A stretch of DNA of 64,000 bases from Trypethelium eluteriae (Eukaryota), in assembly GCA_051942245.1 (NCBI GenBank), contig JAVECL010000055.1, positions 1 to 64,000 on the forward strand, in the 5' to 3' direction. Positions 1 through 10,256 of this stretch are shown here, piece by piece. Position 1 is the stretch's first letter. Every line of letters begins with the position of its first letter. The notes under the pieces are model-generated. The model made no database searches, was not told the DNA's origin, and saw only the letters and a list, made by a program, of their open reading frames with translations. The position numbers and the translations under genes were made by a program.

Positions 1-494
1 TCTGGGTAGGGATTGGGATGGCGATAGATTGCTGGCTATGGAAATCTGGGGTGCACTGGTGGTTGTGGGTCAGAGCAGGCGTTTATTGTTGTTGGAGACA
101 CTAGGGACAGGAACGGCCGAGGAGTTCGCTGGAGAATCTATGAGTCTCACGATTGTTTGCATCTTAGCAGTACGTGTCAGTCCTTGCATCGTTTCTTTAG
201 CAATCATGAAGGTCGATTATTGAACGTACTTTCCAAGACCCCTAATAGTGTAGAACTCTCCTATTCACTTCTTGTCGGAACTCCTTTAAGAGATTTAGAG
301 TCTGTGTAGACTTCAATGACTCCGACCATGCAGGCATCACTTTGCATAGCTTTCAGGTCCGAGTATCGGAGGCCATGTCCAGCCGTGAGGTAGAAGAGCT
401 CATCGTTCCAACTCGCGAGGTCGAGAACACCAGAAGCTTCATCTCGCGCTTTCAAGATGCTTTACTCTCCCTTGTCGTCTTCTAGAGACCTTCA

Positions 495-1060
495 TCATCA
501 ATCGGAGATATTGCCCAAGGCACCGCGATCTAAGAGCACCTGCAAGATATCGTAATCTACGTGGAACGCAGCTGCCTGAAATAGAGGATCGAGCTCATAT
601 TCTCGTGTGTTGTTAATTACCTACACTAGAGGTGGTCGAAACCTAAGGAAAGTGACTGGGTCGAGCCACTACGTGGTTTCACATATGGCGACATTTAGGA
701 TTTACTGTGGATAACCAATCGTTGTAATATGATATTGAGGCTTCCTGAATCCAACGTCACTCAGTGGACATTGAGGGCCTAGTATACACACATAAAGTTG
801 GGAGAGATGACAGCATCGAGCTTCATAAGTAGTGTACTTGTCGTCAAATTCGAGACGACTCTTACAAATCTCGTTCGCATAGGCTCCAAGAGTGGCTTCA
901 ATCACGATTTTCTCTTGCTTTAGGAGGTTATCAGAGGTCCAAAGAGAAGTAGCTTGAGAACGACATGCATGCCTTCGATTCCCTAAAAGCATGTGCAAGC
1001 CTCTTAGATGAGCGCAACTTTCTCAACCAGTTCCAGTTTCATGATCCTCTTCAGCTTTTC
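495..1060 (-). pseudogene. Ankyrin-repeat gene relic
   Basis: Minus strand reads PLFQAAAFHVDYDILQVLLDRGALGN (about 590-505), matching the ankyrin consensus PLxxAAxxGxxxIVxxLLxxGA, then stops. Weaker repeat-like fragments (IMKLEL, LHMLL, LLKQEKIVIEATL) run up to the GH20 stop. No intact ORF. Confidence 0.4.
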
Positions 1061-1068
1061 ATACCGCA

Positions 1069-3294
1069 CTATGCTTCAGAGGTCAAGTTCATACCCAGAA
1101 GTTCACCAGTCCACCCACTGTCTTGACCTCCTACCTGCCTCAGAGGCGCCTCGATGGCCATAGGAGCCCAAACAAAGTATTCTCCATTGATTCCGATTTG
1201 AGTCAAGAACTCCTGCTGAGCTGACGTGTCTCCAATTGGCTCGGCTTCGGAGACTCGAGCAAACGTCTGATTCCCCTTTCCCACGATTGCCAAATCAACA
1301 GGCTTACCAAGCGGCAGCGATGAGTTAAGCCGGTAATAGTTTCCTGATGCGAATAATGTGATGTTCGGCGTCAGCATGAGGGACGAATCTGAGCCTGATA
1401 TGATCGTCGCATTTGTTGGATCTTGAAGCTCCTTGACCACCAGGGAAAGCGTCAGGGTGTAGTTTCTGCCTTTAGAAGACAATGGAGTTGTGAATGAACA
1501 GGACGGATTAATCGCCAAGAATCCACCGTCCGCCAATGAGCAGGATGTCTCGGCATCGTATCCATTGCCCGACGCATCGTGAATTGTTGTCTGTGTTGTA
1601 TTGGACCGAGAAGTGCTCGAGGAGGAGATCGAGTATTGCACGATTGATGGCGACTTTGACGGAATACTTCTGTCCAAATTTTGTGCAGGTATGAAGCCGT
1701 GAAGCTGCGAGAAGACCGGAGAGAACTCAGTCTCGGTCAAGTTACCACCCCACTGCTTATCAGCTAGCGCAGGGATACCTTGTCTCCATGCATAATACGC
1801 TTCTGAGTAGACCGAGGCGTTGGGACCATAGTCATTCCACAAAGCGCCAATCTCTCCAAGGACGAGAGCGTTCGATCGGGATGGGTTATCAGTACTATTG
1901 TTTATGTTAAATATGTACGGATACCATAACCCATTTTCATCACTCGGATTTCCATGAAACATCCTTGTCAAGTTCACTGTCTGTGGATAACTTCCGGAAT
2001 ACTTATTCACGACGTAGAACGCGTCATCTGAGTTCACGACTGAGTATCCGTTGAGAATGTAGTCATAATACGGATCGTCTTCGAAATATTCCCAATGCTG
2101 TACTGAAACATTCTTGTAGATGTTGGTGTATCCCTCTGTATAATTTGGGGGAAATGTTCCCCAAATACGAATGGACTTGTTGGAAGCCTCATTGACATAG
2201 CTCGATAAGCTGTTTACGAAGGTGTTGTAGTCATTCGCAGGACCAGTATACTCATCTGCTCCAATGTGCACTGTTTTTGTGTGGAACCAATCTAGAAACG
2301 TGCTCCAAATCAATTCCATCGTTGGTATTGTTTCTGGTTGAGAAATATTAAGCAAGCTGAGATCCTGGAGTCCTAGTTCTGGTTTCCACTGTACAATTAC
2401 AAGGGCATGACCAGGTGCTTCGATTTCTGGAACAACAGTCACTCCGCGGGCGGCACATGTCGATTGGATTTGATCAAACTGTTCCCTTGTGTAGGACTCG
2501 TTCTTGTATTTGTTCAGGCCAATCAATGATGGGGAATCCGACCATAAACGGAACCGCGCATACAAGCTCAGGGATCGCTCCGGGGTGTAGATGTCAACAT
2601 TATTGTATAGGTTGTCACTTAAGTGGACGTGGAATGTATTCTGCTTGAAGAAGGACATGTATGAGCAAATGTCAGTCAAAAACTCTGGCGGATAATAGTG
2701 GCGTCCGGCATCAAGCATCATGCCGCGAGTACCCCACCCTGGAGAGTCGACACCTGAGCCATACGGAATGGCACCAGATGATAGGACAGCTTGCTGTAGA
2801 ACTGTGCGAGTTCCCCACCAAACACCAAGCGGACTGGCGCCCGTGATAGTGATATTAGACAATGAGACAGAAAGGGAGTACCCTTCGGAAGTTTGCCGAC
2901 CGGCAGCGTCGATATAGTCATCAGGATTCCCAATCGTAAGGAATATGGTCTTTTCAGGACAGTTCTGGCCAATCGAGACATTTGCGTTGACGTCAATAGA
3001 TTCTCTAAGGTCAGCCGCAAAAGTATTCGCAAAGTCCTTCAGAGTCGGAGGGATTAACGTTTGTCCTCGATCGTCTGATGCTTCGGCATATCTTGAATCA
3101 ACTACAATGGATTTCGTGGATGCCAGGTCATACTGGCCGTCCTTTGCGGTGGAATATGGAACCGTAGGGATCCCAGTCAATCTCCCTGCTGTCGAAGCAG
3201 CGTCAACTAAACTCTTTTTGTCATGAGCAGGTTTCCCTTTGCAAGACGAGCTGATAAAAAGTACGACGGTCACTACTCTCCAGAGGCGCTGCAT
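1069..3294 (-). CDS. Secreted glycoside hydrolase family 20 (beta-N-acetylhexosaminidase / lacto-N-biosidase-like), 741 aa, intronless
   Basis: Signal peptide; GH20 motifs RGMMLDAGRHYY, FHVHLSD, VPEIEAPGH and catalytic VHIGADEY; C-terminal beta-sandwich-like extension (TIHDASGNGYDA). Confidence 0.93.
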   Translation of the reverse strand: MQRLWRVVTVVLFISSSCKGKPAHDKKSLVDAASTAGRLTGIPTVPYSTAKDGQYDLASTKSIVVDSRYAEASDDRGQTLIPPTLKDFANTFAADLRESIDVNANVSIGQNCPEKTIFLTIGNPDDYIDAAGRQTSEGYSLSVSLSNITITGASPLGVWWGTRTVLQQAVLSSGAIPYGSGVDSPGWGTRGMMLDAGRHYYPPEFLTDICSYMSFFKQNTFHVHLSDNLYNNVDIYTPERSLSLYARFRLWSDSPSLIGLNKYKNESYTREQFDQIQSTCAARGVTVVPEIEAPGHALVIVQWKPELGLQDLSLLNISQPETIPTMELIWSTFLDWFHTKTVHIGADEYTGPANDYNTFVNSLSSYVNEASNKSIRIWGTFPPNYTEGYTNIYKNVSVQHWEYFEDDPYYDYILNGYSVVNSDDAFYVVNKYSGSYPQTVNLTRMFHGNPSDENGLWYPYIFNINNSTDNPSRSNALVLGEIGALWNDYGPNASVYSEAYYAWRQGIPALADKQWGGNLTETEFSPVFSQLHGFIPAQNLDRSIPSKSPSIVQYSISSSSTSRSNTTQTTIHDASGNGYDAETSCSLADGGFLAINPSCSFTTPLSSKGRNYTLTLSLVVKELQDPTNATIISGSDSSLMLTPNITLFASGNYYRLNSSLPLGKPVDLAIVGKGNQTFARVSEAEPIGDTSAQQEFLTQIGINGEYFVWAPMAIEAPLRQVGGQDSGWTGELLGMNLTSEA

Positions 3295-4224
3295 GGCGTA
3301 GGACCTGAACAGAGGATAAATCCAAGATTTCGAGAGGGCAAAGGTCGATTACAACCACGACCGGAGATTTCAGGAAGTTTTCCCAAGTCAGCCATATTGC
3401 AGAGTTTGATGTCGGATATATGGACGGATGAAATCGAAATCAATACTCTGTACGGAGTAGCAGAAAGGTAAATGCGAAGATCGGCAAACCATAGCTCACC
3501 AAGCCCCGCATGATATCAGTCTCTGGGGCTTTTCGTGGGTCAAGCGCAGCGTCATGTCTCTAGCGAATGCAACTGTACGGAAGGAAAACAAGATAAGAGA
3601 CAGATAGGTCTAGCTATCGAGAGCTTGAAGCGACTAGACGATTGAAAGGGACAGAGGATACTACAAAGTACCCGCAAAGATGCGTTGATGAAGCCGAGCT
3701 AGTGATTATCCATTTTGTCGTTACGGAGCTGGCGATACTCTTGCAGCTTGTTTTGCTGGCATCTAATTAGTATCTTTGTTGACGCCTAAGATGGTAGGTC
3801 GTTAGAGGGATAACCGGTTGGAAGGGTGACAAGGGCGCACCAAGGCGGGGAGAAAAGATGACATCAATTTTTTCGGTGATTCGGAAAAAGTGAAGCCGAT
3901 CGCTCTGTATTTGGGAACAATCTCTTCCTCCATACAATGCACTCTTGACGTATCAACGGATACCCTGCCTGTCCGTAACCTGTTAGACAAAGATCGAAAG
4001 GTCTTGTCCAATGTAACGTCAATGCCCCTCCTAATCTCCCTAGTCGAGAATGGCGGATACAACGTACGTTCGCTTTTTGGCGCTGAGAGGTGTTTCCCTC
4101 CACTACCAGGTTTGTTCATCTCTATGTAAGGTGTAAGAAAGAAAGGACGAAATCAGCCATTTCTCGGCGAGTGTAGCAAGTTTCTTGAGGAATTGGCGGA
4201 GGAAGCAGTGTTTCCCATCCCAAG

Positions 4225-6198
4225 ATGGAACTGTTACGGCTGTCGCTGTTTGCAATATTCCTGGGGCTGACTACACGGTCTTTTGCTGCCCCCTCTCCCT
4301 CACAAACATTGTCAGCGGCCTCCCCTTCCTTCACTTACAATAGCACCACCTTCCTTTTGAATGGAGAGCCATACCAGATTATTGGCGGGCAAATGGACCC
4401 TCAACGCATTCCACCTGCCTATTGGAGGGACCGTTTATCCAAGGCTCGTGCAATGGGTTTAAACACAATCTTTTCTTACGTGTATTGGAATCTTTTGGAG
4501 CCAGTTCAGGGAACGTGGACGGGTGATGAGGAAGCCAACAACATCGCTTCTTACTTTCAGATTGCCCAGGAAGAAGGTCTGAACGTTGTTCTACGCCCAG
4601 GGCCATACATTTGTGGCGAACGTGAATGGGGTGGCTTTCCTGCTTGGCTGGCTGAAGTCCCTGGTATGTTAGTACGATCGAATAACGTTCCATTTCTTAG
4701 CGCTGCGAAGAGTTACATCGAGCACCTTGCAAGCGACATCAGCGATCTTCAAATTACGCGTGGTGGACCGATATTGATGATCCAGGTGGAAAACGAATAT
4801 GGATCGTTCGGGGCGGAGCATAATTACACCTCTGCGCTGAGAGATATCCTGCGAGCTAACTTTGAGACCGTGCTGTACACCAATGACGGTGGGGTTGATT
4901 GGACGCTCGAAGGCGGCCAAGTACACACTGTGCTAGCAGAAATCGATGGAGATCCTACAAGCGGATTCAACTCCCGTGGACTTTACATCACGGACCCCAC
5001 CGAACTTGGGCCACTTCTGGATGGCGAATACTACACTTGGGCTCCGGATCAGTGGGGCTCTAACAATCCCCATAATACGACAGTGGGTAACCCAGACGAT
5101 GTCGAGCAGTTTGTCAAGGACATAAACTACGTTCTTGGAAACTCGTCCGCTTCGATCAGCTTGTACATGTTTCATGGGGGAACCAATTTTGGCTTTGGTA
5201 ATGGCGCCTTATGGCAAAACCGAACGACGGTTTTCACGACCAGCTACGATTACGGAGCACCTTTGGACGAGAGTGGCCGCACCACAGACTTGTACTTCAC
5301 CCTAAGAAGCGCTTTTCAGAAGTACGTTCAGAATGGAAGCATTCCTGATGTGCCTGCGAACCTGCCTAGAACATCCATACCCGAATTCACTCTCCAACCT
5401 TCCACGTCGCTTTTCGACATTCTGGGCAACAAATCAACGAGCAAGTTTCCCCTTACAATGGAAGCTCTTGGCCAAGCGTATGGATTTACGCTTTATGAGC
5501 ACACTAGCAACACCTCTATAAACGGCAATGTTCAACCCGGAGATCGTGCGCGAGACAGGGTCCTAGTCTATGTGAATTCTATTCGCCAAGGCATCATCGA
5601 TAGTCAATATCAGCATCCATTAAATGTGAGTGTTGCACTGAAGCCAGGAGACAAACTACAACTCTTAGTTGAGAATCTGGGCCGGGTAGATTATTACTCA
5701 CGAGGAAATCCATACCGAAACTATTTGCAGGATCCTTACAAAGGAATCCTTGGCAATGTTACCCTAGGAGACAAGGTAATTGAGCATTGGGATATGTATC
5801 CCTTGCCACTGGAGGATTTGGGAGGGGTGGATACGCTGCCCGGAAAGAACTCGTCAACCGTGAAGAGTGGAATTCCTCCAATCTTCTATCATGGTTCATT
5901 CTGGATAGACGCTGCTGCACCATCCAACAACACCGCACTACTTGACACCTTCCTCGCGATCCCGAACGGTCTCAAGGGTAACGTGTGGGTCAACAACTTC
6001 AATTTAGGCCGCTATTGGTATGTCGGCCCGCAACAGTCTCTGTACCTTCCTGGTACAGTTGTCAGATCGGGTGAATGGAACAAGGTTGTCGTTCTCGAGC
6101 TGGAACCTGGTGTACGCGACGGTCAAATGGTCGCTGAAGGGTTGGCAGAAAGGGAATGGGCGAATAATCCAGATGTTGATTGCGAGCATTGTATATAA
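4225..6198 (+). CDS. Secreted glycoside hydrolase family 35 beta-galactosidase (short GLB1/BgaC-like architecture), 657 aa, intronless
   Basis: Signal peptide; GLNTIFSYVYWN, LRPGPYICGEREWGG, GGPILMIQVENEYGS (acid/base), DGEYY (nucleophile), YMFHGGTNFG, TSYDYGAPLDE, NLGRYW. Confidence 0.95.
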   Translation: MELLRLSLFAIFLGLTTRSFAAPSPSQTLSAASPSFTYNSTTFLLNGEPYQIIGGQMDPQRIPPAYWRDRLSKARAMGLNTIFSYVYWNLLEPVQGTWTGDEEANNIASYFQIAQEEGLNVVLRPGPYICGEREWGGFPAWLAEVPGMLVRSNNVPFLSAAKSYIEHLASDISDLQITRGGPILMIQVENEYGSFGAEHNYTSALRDILRANFETVLYTNDGGVDWTLEGGQVHTVLAEIDGDPTSGFNSRGLYITDPTELGPLLDGEYYTWAPDQWGSNNPHNTTVGNPDDVEQFVKDINYVLGNSSASISLYMFHGGTNFGFGNGALWQNRTTVFTTSYDYGAPLDESGRTTDLYFTLRSAFQKYVQNGSIPDVPANLPRTSIPEFTLQPSTSLFDILGNKSTSKFPLTMEALGQAYGFTLYEHTSNTSINGNVQPGDRARDRVLVYVNSIRQGIIDSQYQHPLNVSVALKPGDKLQLLVENLGRVDYYSRGNPYRNYLQDPYKGILGNVTLGDKVIEHWDMYPLPLEDLGGVDTLPGKNSSTVKSGIPPIFYHGSFWIDAAAPSNNTALLDTFLAIPNGLKGNVWVNNFNLGRYWYVGPQQSLYLPGTVVRSGEWNKVVVLELEPGVRDGQMVAEGLAEREWANNPDVDCEHCI

Positions 6199-6469
6199 AG
6201 CGCCTGCCACTACCAAACTATTAAGCATGCCACGCTTTGATTGACACCTCAAAGCCTACAGAATTGAGCGAGATTCTTTGACGTTCTACAAGCTGTAGTG
6301 GATATTGTTACATCTTCGTTTTCGGTCTTTCGAAAAAGGCCACGCTCCGACTGTGGAACAATGCTACTAAGTACAAAAAAAATTGCCGTATCGGCCAGAT
6401 AATACAATACGATACAATTCGACATGAAAGACACACAATGGATATGGACGAATTGTGCCATTCGCTACA

Positions 6470-7997
6470 GTATCTCTAGACGAGATATCAGCAACTAGAT
6501 ACCAAGGACTCATCCTCTCCTCTAAGCTGCCAGCCACAGTTATGCGAGAACAAGCCTGAGCGCCACTTTTACCCCGGATCTGCGGTTCTGATCAGGCTAC
6601 GGAGTTACTCCATAGAGAGAACGGCAGATGGTCGGAGAGAACCAAGCCACAAACGTCATGGATCTTATCAGATGGTGAGATTGCTTCTCACATCGAGTCA
6701 GCAAAGCTCGAATCAGACCACCCCACCGACCCGTTCACTTTTACCGGGCGATCTCTTCATTAACAACTTAACCTAGGCGATCGCTCCCATTCTCGTGGGC
6801 GGGTTCCAGAGTATCGATGGCTGGAGTTCCTGTCTTGCCCGAAAAACTCACCCTATAGGTCTGTCTTGGATCGAAAAGTTCGCCACCGCAGCACTTTGTC
6901 ATGGTGACAACTTTGGTGCCTACTCCTCCCGATTCTAGTAACAGCCGCAAAACGAGTTTCATCGTTTCATGTACCGAAACATCTTACCGATATTGTAGCC
7001 GATATCTTCGTGTATTTTCTATTGAAGTCATTGATCTCCCCTCACCAGCACTCTGGTCAACAAAGATCCTGGTGTCCCACTGTCCTTAGTATCAAAATGC
7101 AGGCATTATCCCTGATGAAATCTGCCCATCGGAATTAACAGATCGTTTTCGATCAAACTGTAGACACGGAGAGGCCCCAGAAGGTTGGAGGGGTCTAGTC
7201 GTCCAACTTTTGGCCGTTGCGTCTAAGACCCAAGGAAAAGGAAGGTAGCTGATGTTGCAAATGCAGATTTTTCGGATCTTTGGGTGATTCTTTGATAAGT
7301 ACGAGAAGGAGCTCAAGAGCATATCCGATAAGAAAATGACTTTCATCGCAACATAGCAAAGCCACATGAGTGGAACCGTAAAATGCTACCCTCCTTTGTC
7401 CTTGAGCCGCAGCCAGCTGATCCAAGAAGTCAGCTGAAAATACATAATTCGCACAACTTTCTGGTCAAATCTTGGACTGAAGTCGCTGTCTTTCCCCCGA
7501 AGACATCATTGCAGCGGAGGTCTAGTTCAATATTTGAACAACTCAAAAATCAAGAGGCCTTCTTCAAAAAGCTTATGAACATGAGCAAACCATAGACCAA
7601 TTGGTCTTCTCGAATCCTTGTTCTATCAGCGTAGGAGATGGTATACGAAGCAGACATTATTGCATTCAAACTCGATCCTCGATGTTGTTTGATACCCAGC
7701 AGAGGGGTATGTTGCTGTGGCTGCAAGAGCGGGTAGACCAACGTGACTGGCACAAGCATGACCCAGCTTGTTGGTGTTGCAAGTATCCTGTCCCTTACAG
7801 AGTGCGAGTGATTTCCAGACTGCCGACAGGATCTCGGCAGCAATTTCCCATGAATGGAAAGAAAAGGCGTTGGAAACCAGGTTTTCCATCTTGATACAGC
7901 CCTGTCGATCTCTGTAGATCTCTGTATGTAGTATACGTGATGGGAGCCCTGGACGCGCGTTCAGACGCCCCGAAACTTGCTTCTTCAAGCTCAACAC
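6470..7997 (-). pseudogene. Decayed ankyrin-repeat gene, probably the post-NACHT and ANK part of a NACHT-ankyrin NLR
   Basis: Frameshifted and stop-ridden ankyrin fragments on the minus strand: VLRLLLESGG (about 6950), AHENGSDRL/VKLLMKR (about 6800-6750), LIRALL (about 6705), LWLAA*RG/DESLV/LLI (about 6540-6485). Upstream 7200-7997 weakly resembles the post-NACHT winged-helix region (inference). Confidence 0.5.
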
Positions 7998-9927
7998 TGT
8001 TAGAGGTTCAGGGTCGGCTCACCCGCGCAAAAGCGAGCTTCCAATGACAATGGGCGAAGCATTGGTGAGAGTGCTCTTGTTTCATACTTCGGAACAAGCA
8101 AGCAAGAATTTGTACGACAAAACGCAGATCCGGGCATCGTGACAGCGGCAGTGGCCGTCCCGAGGTACCTGATACTTAACAGTGCAAGAACCTGTCAGCC
8201 ACGAGGTGAGGCCGATCGTGGCGGCACCACGGGCCAACGATTCAGGTCCCGCAGTTCAGAAGCAGCCACTGCAGCCAAGAGACTGGACCGCCGATGATTA
8301 TGAGGATCCAGCACGCGGAGATGTACCAACGACTAGTACTGGCTGACCGTTACAGACCGACGGGATGCCGATTAGATCGGATTGCATTCCGTCCGATAGA
8401 GCCGGAGAATGTTGGAGAAGCCCGAAAAGGCATTTCAAGATTCCAGTAAGAGATGCATGCAGACTCGCCTAACCCTTGAAGTCGGCGCTGGTGGTGGCGT
8501 CGTTGTTCCCTACCTAAGCAACCTTATCATGTGTGCTTGAACCCCTCTGCGAGGCAGACTCTGAGCAAGTGGCATGGTAGCACGAACTGATTCTACTAGT
8601 AGAGTGTCAGGGCCATCTCCTTCCACTCCGTCGTGCCCGCCGAGTTGGGAGCTGGAGCCACACGGAGCGTCCGCAATGCAGGAAAGCACAATGCCACGAA
8701 ACCAACGTCTCGTCAGCCTCGCAGCGGAGCTAACGCCGCAGTGGACAGCACCCAGTGGTGCAGTCACCCAGTAAGGTAGGCAGGTACTTGCGTTGTCAGC
8801 CATCCCTAGCTGTAGAACCGCCAAGCATATTGTGGCTTGAGCGCCTCGCCCTCTCACCCTCTTAACTGCTTGCCGACTCCACGAGTCCACCAAAAGATCG
8901 TCGCAGTCATCTTCTTCGTGCCCGACCTTACCCAAGCCGGTACCTTGTGGGTGCAGCGCAGCAAGCGCTAAGGGCAGCTGACGAGGGGTTTCGTCTGCAT
9001 TCGCTCTGAACGCAGTTGCTTCTAGGAATAACGCGCCCGGGCTGCAAAAGCTGCAGCAGGAAAATTCCCTTATGTATCGCACCCTAGTCCAGTGCCTAGA
9101 ATACAATTAAGAAGCACCCCCGCTGAGCTTCTGTGGCTGCCGTTTGCACTTCCGATAGATACCTGACCCACTGAACCTTCCTTCCTCTTCGCCTGTCCTC
9201 GAGCTGGCCGAGTCGTCAGCTGCTTTCACTGGGCGCGCCTCACGAATGACGGAGTAACGGCTAGAAGGTCTTCGCCACGATTCCCAGGTCGGTGGTCATC
9301 TTGCGCTTGGTTCTAGTCGTGCGGGCGGCCAGGACGAATCCGCGATCGCAATCGCACCTTTGGCCCTCGTCTTCGATCGTGATTTTGAGGCGGGTGCATG
9401 GGGGACGCCACCCTCTCGCCGCCCTTCGCCGCTCCCAGCCACGCCGACTAGGACCAGACAAGCGAAGCTGGCCTGCCCGGTGACGCACATCGCACGAGCG
9501 AGGGAGCTCACATTCTGACGGGACCATCAGGACTGCTCACCTCTGTCGCCCATCTCAGCCTCTCTTCCGTCAGCCTTTCAGCCTTTTCCACTTTTCCGCC
9601 GCTGCACCGCCAGACAAACACCACAGGCACGCACCCACCCGTCCTCGCCCCGTCCATCTCTCTCCTCCGCGTTCCTGACTTCGTTTTTCCCGTCGAGTCT
9701 TTCGTCCTGCCGCTCTCGTCCATGTTCTGTTGTCCCCTTCGACGCGCCCCACACATGTTCCCACATACACCCACCAGCGCAACGCTGCCGTCGTCATAGG
9801 ATCGCCGTCGAGGATCCGCAACGAACCTTGTTAGGCCTGCAACTTCGACCACTCTCCTCACCTTTGCTACCGCCATTCGCCGTAATTCAGTACCCGACTT
9901 CTGCCGCTTCTATCTCCGGCCCTTTTA

Positions 9928-10249
9928 ATGTCTACCGTTCATAATATTTGCCTAGGAATTACTATGCGCTCAATCTTCTGAGTCTTGCATGAATACAGCG
10001 ACTGCGACTTCCAACCTATCAGAACCTCAAAACCCAGAGACATTGTCATTCTTCTTGGAGGTATGTTCGCCTACAACTCAATGTCAGGCGCGAGCCTCTG
10101 ATGCCCTTCCGTTGGACGTCTTCTACAAGTGAATTCCTAATACCATCTGATTATTGATTGAAGCTGACAGAGGTGGCTTTGTAGCAGTAAGTGCAGGTTC
10201 TCCAAGGAGTTCCACGCGGTTATAAATTGGACGTTCGATGACGAGGTAG
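9928..10249 (+). promoter_or_regulatory. Spliced 5' leader of the C2H2 gene containing several AUG uORFs
   Basis: Intron with GTATGT donor at 10061, GCTGAC branch at 10163, acceptors TAG 10184 / CAG 10187. uORFs at 9928-9981 (17 aa), 9989-10060 joined to 10185-10190 (25 aa), and 10238-10249 (MTR*). Confidence 0.5.
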
Positions 10250-10256
10250 CCGATCA

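Noticed and set aside
8510..9876. Minus-strand ORFs of 60-198 aa upstream of the C2H2 gene
   Set aside because: Mostly non-ATG starts, no recognisable domain; they overlap a pyrimidine-rich promoter/leader.
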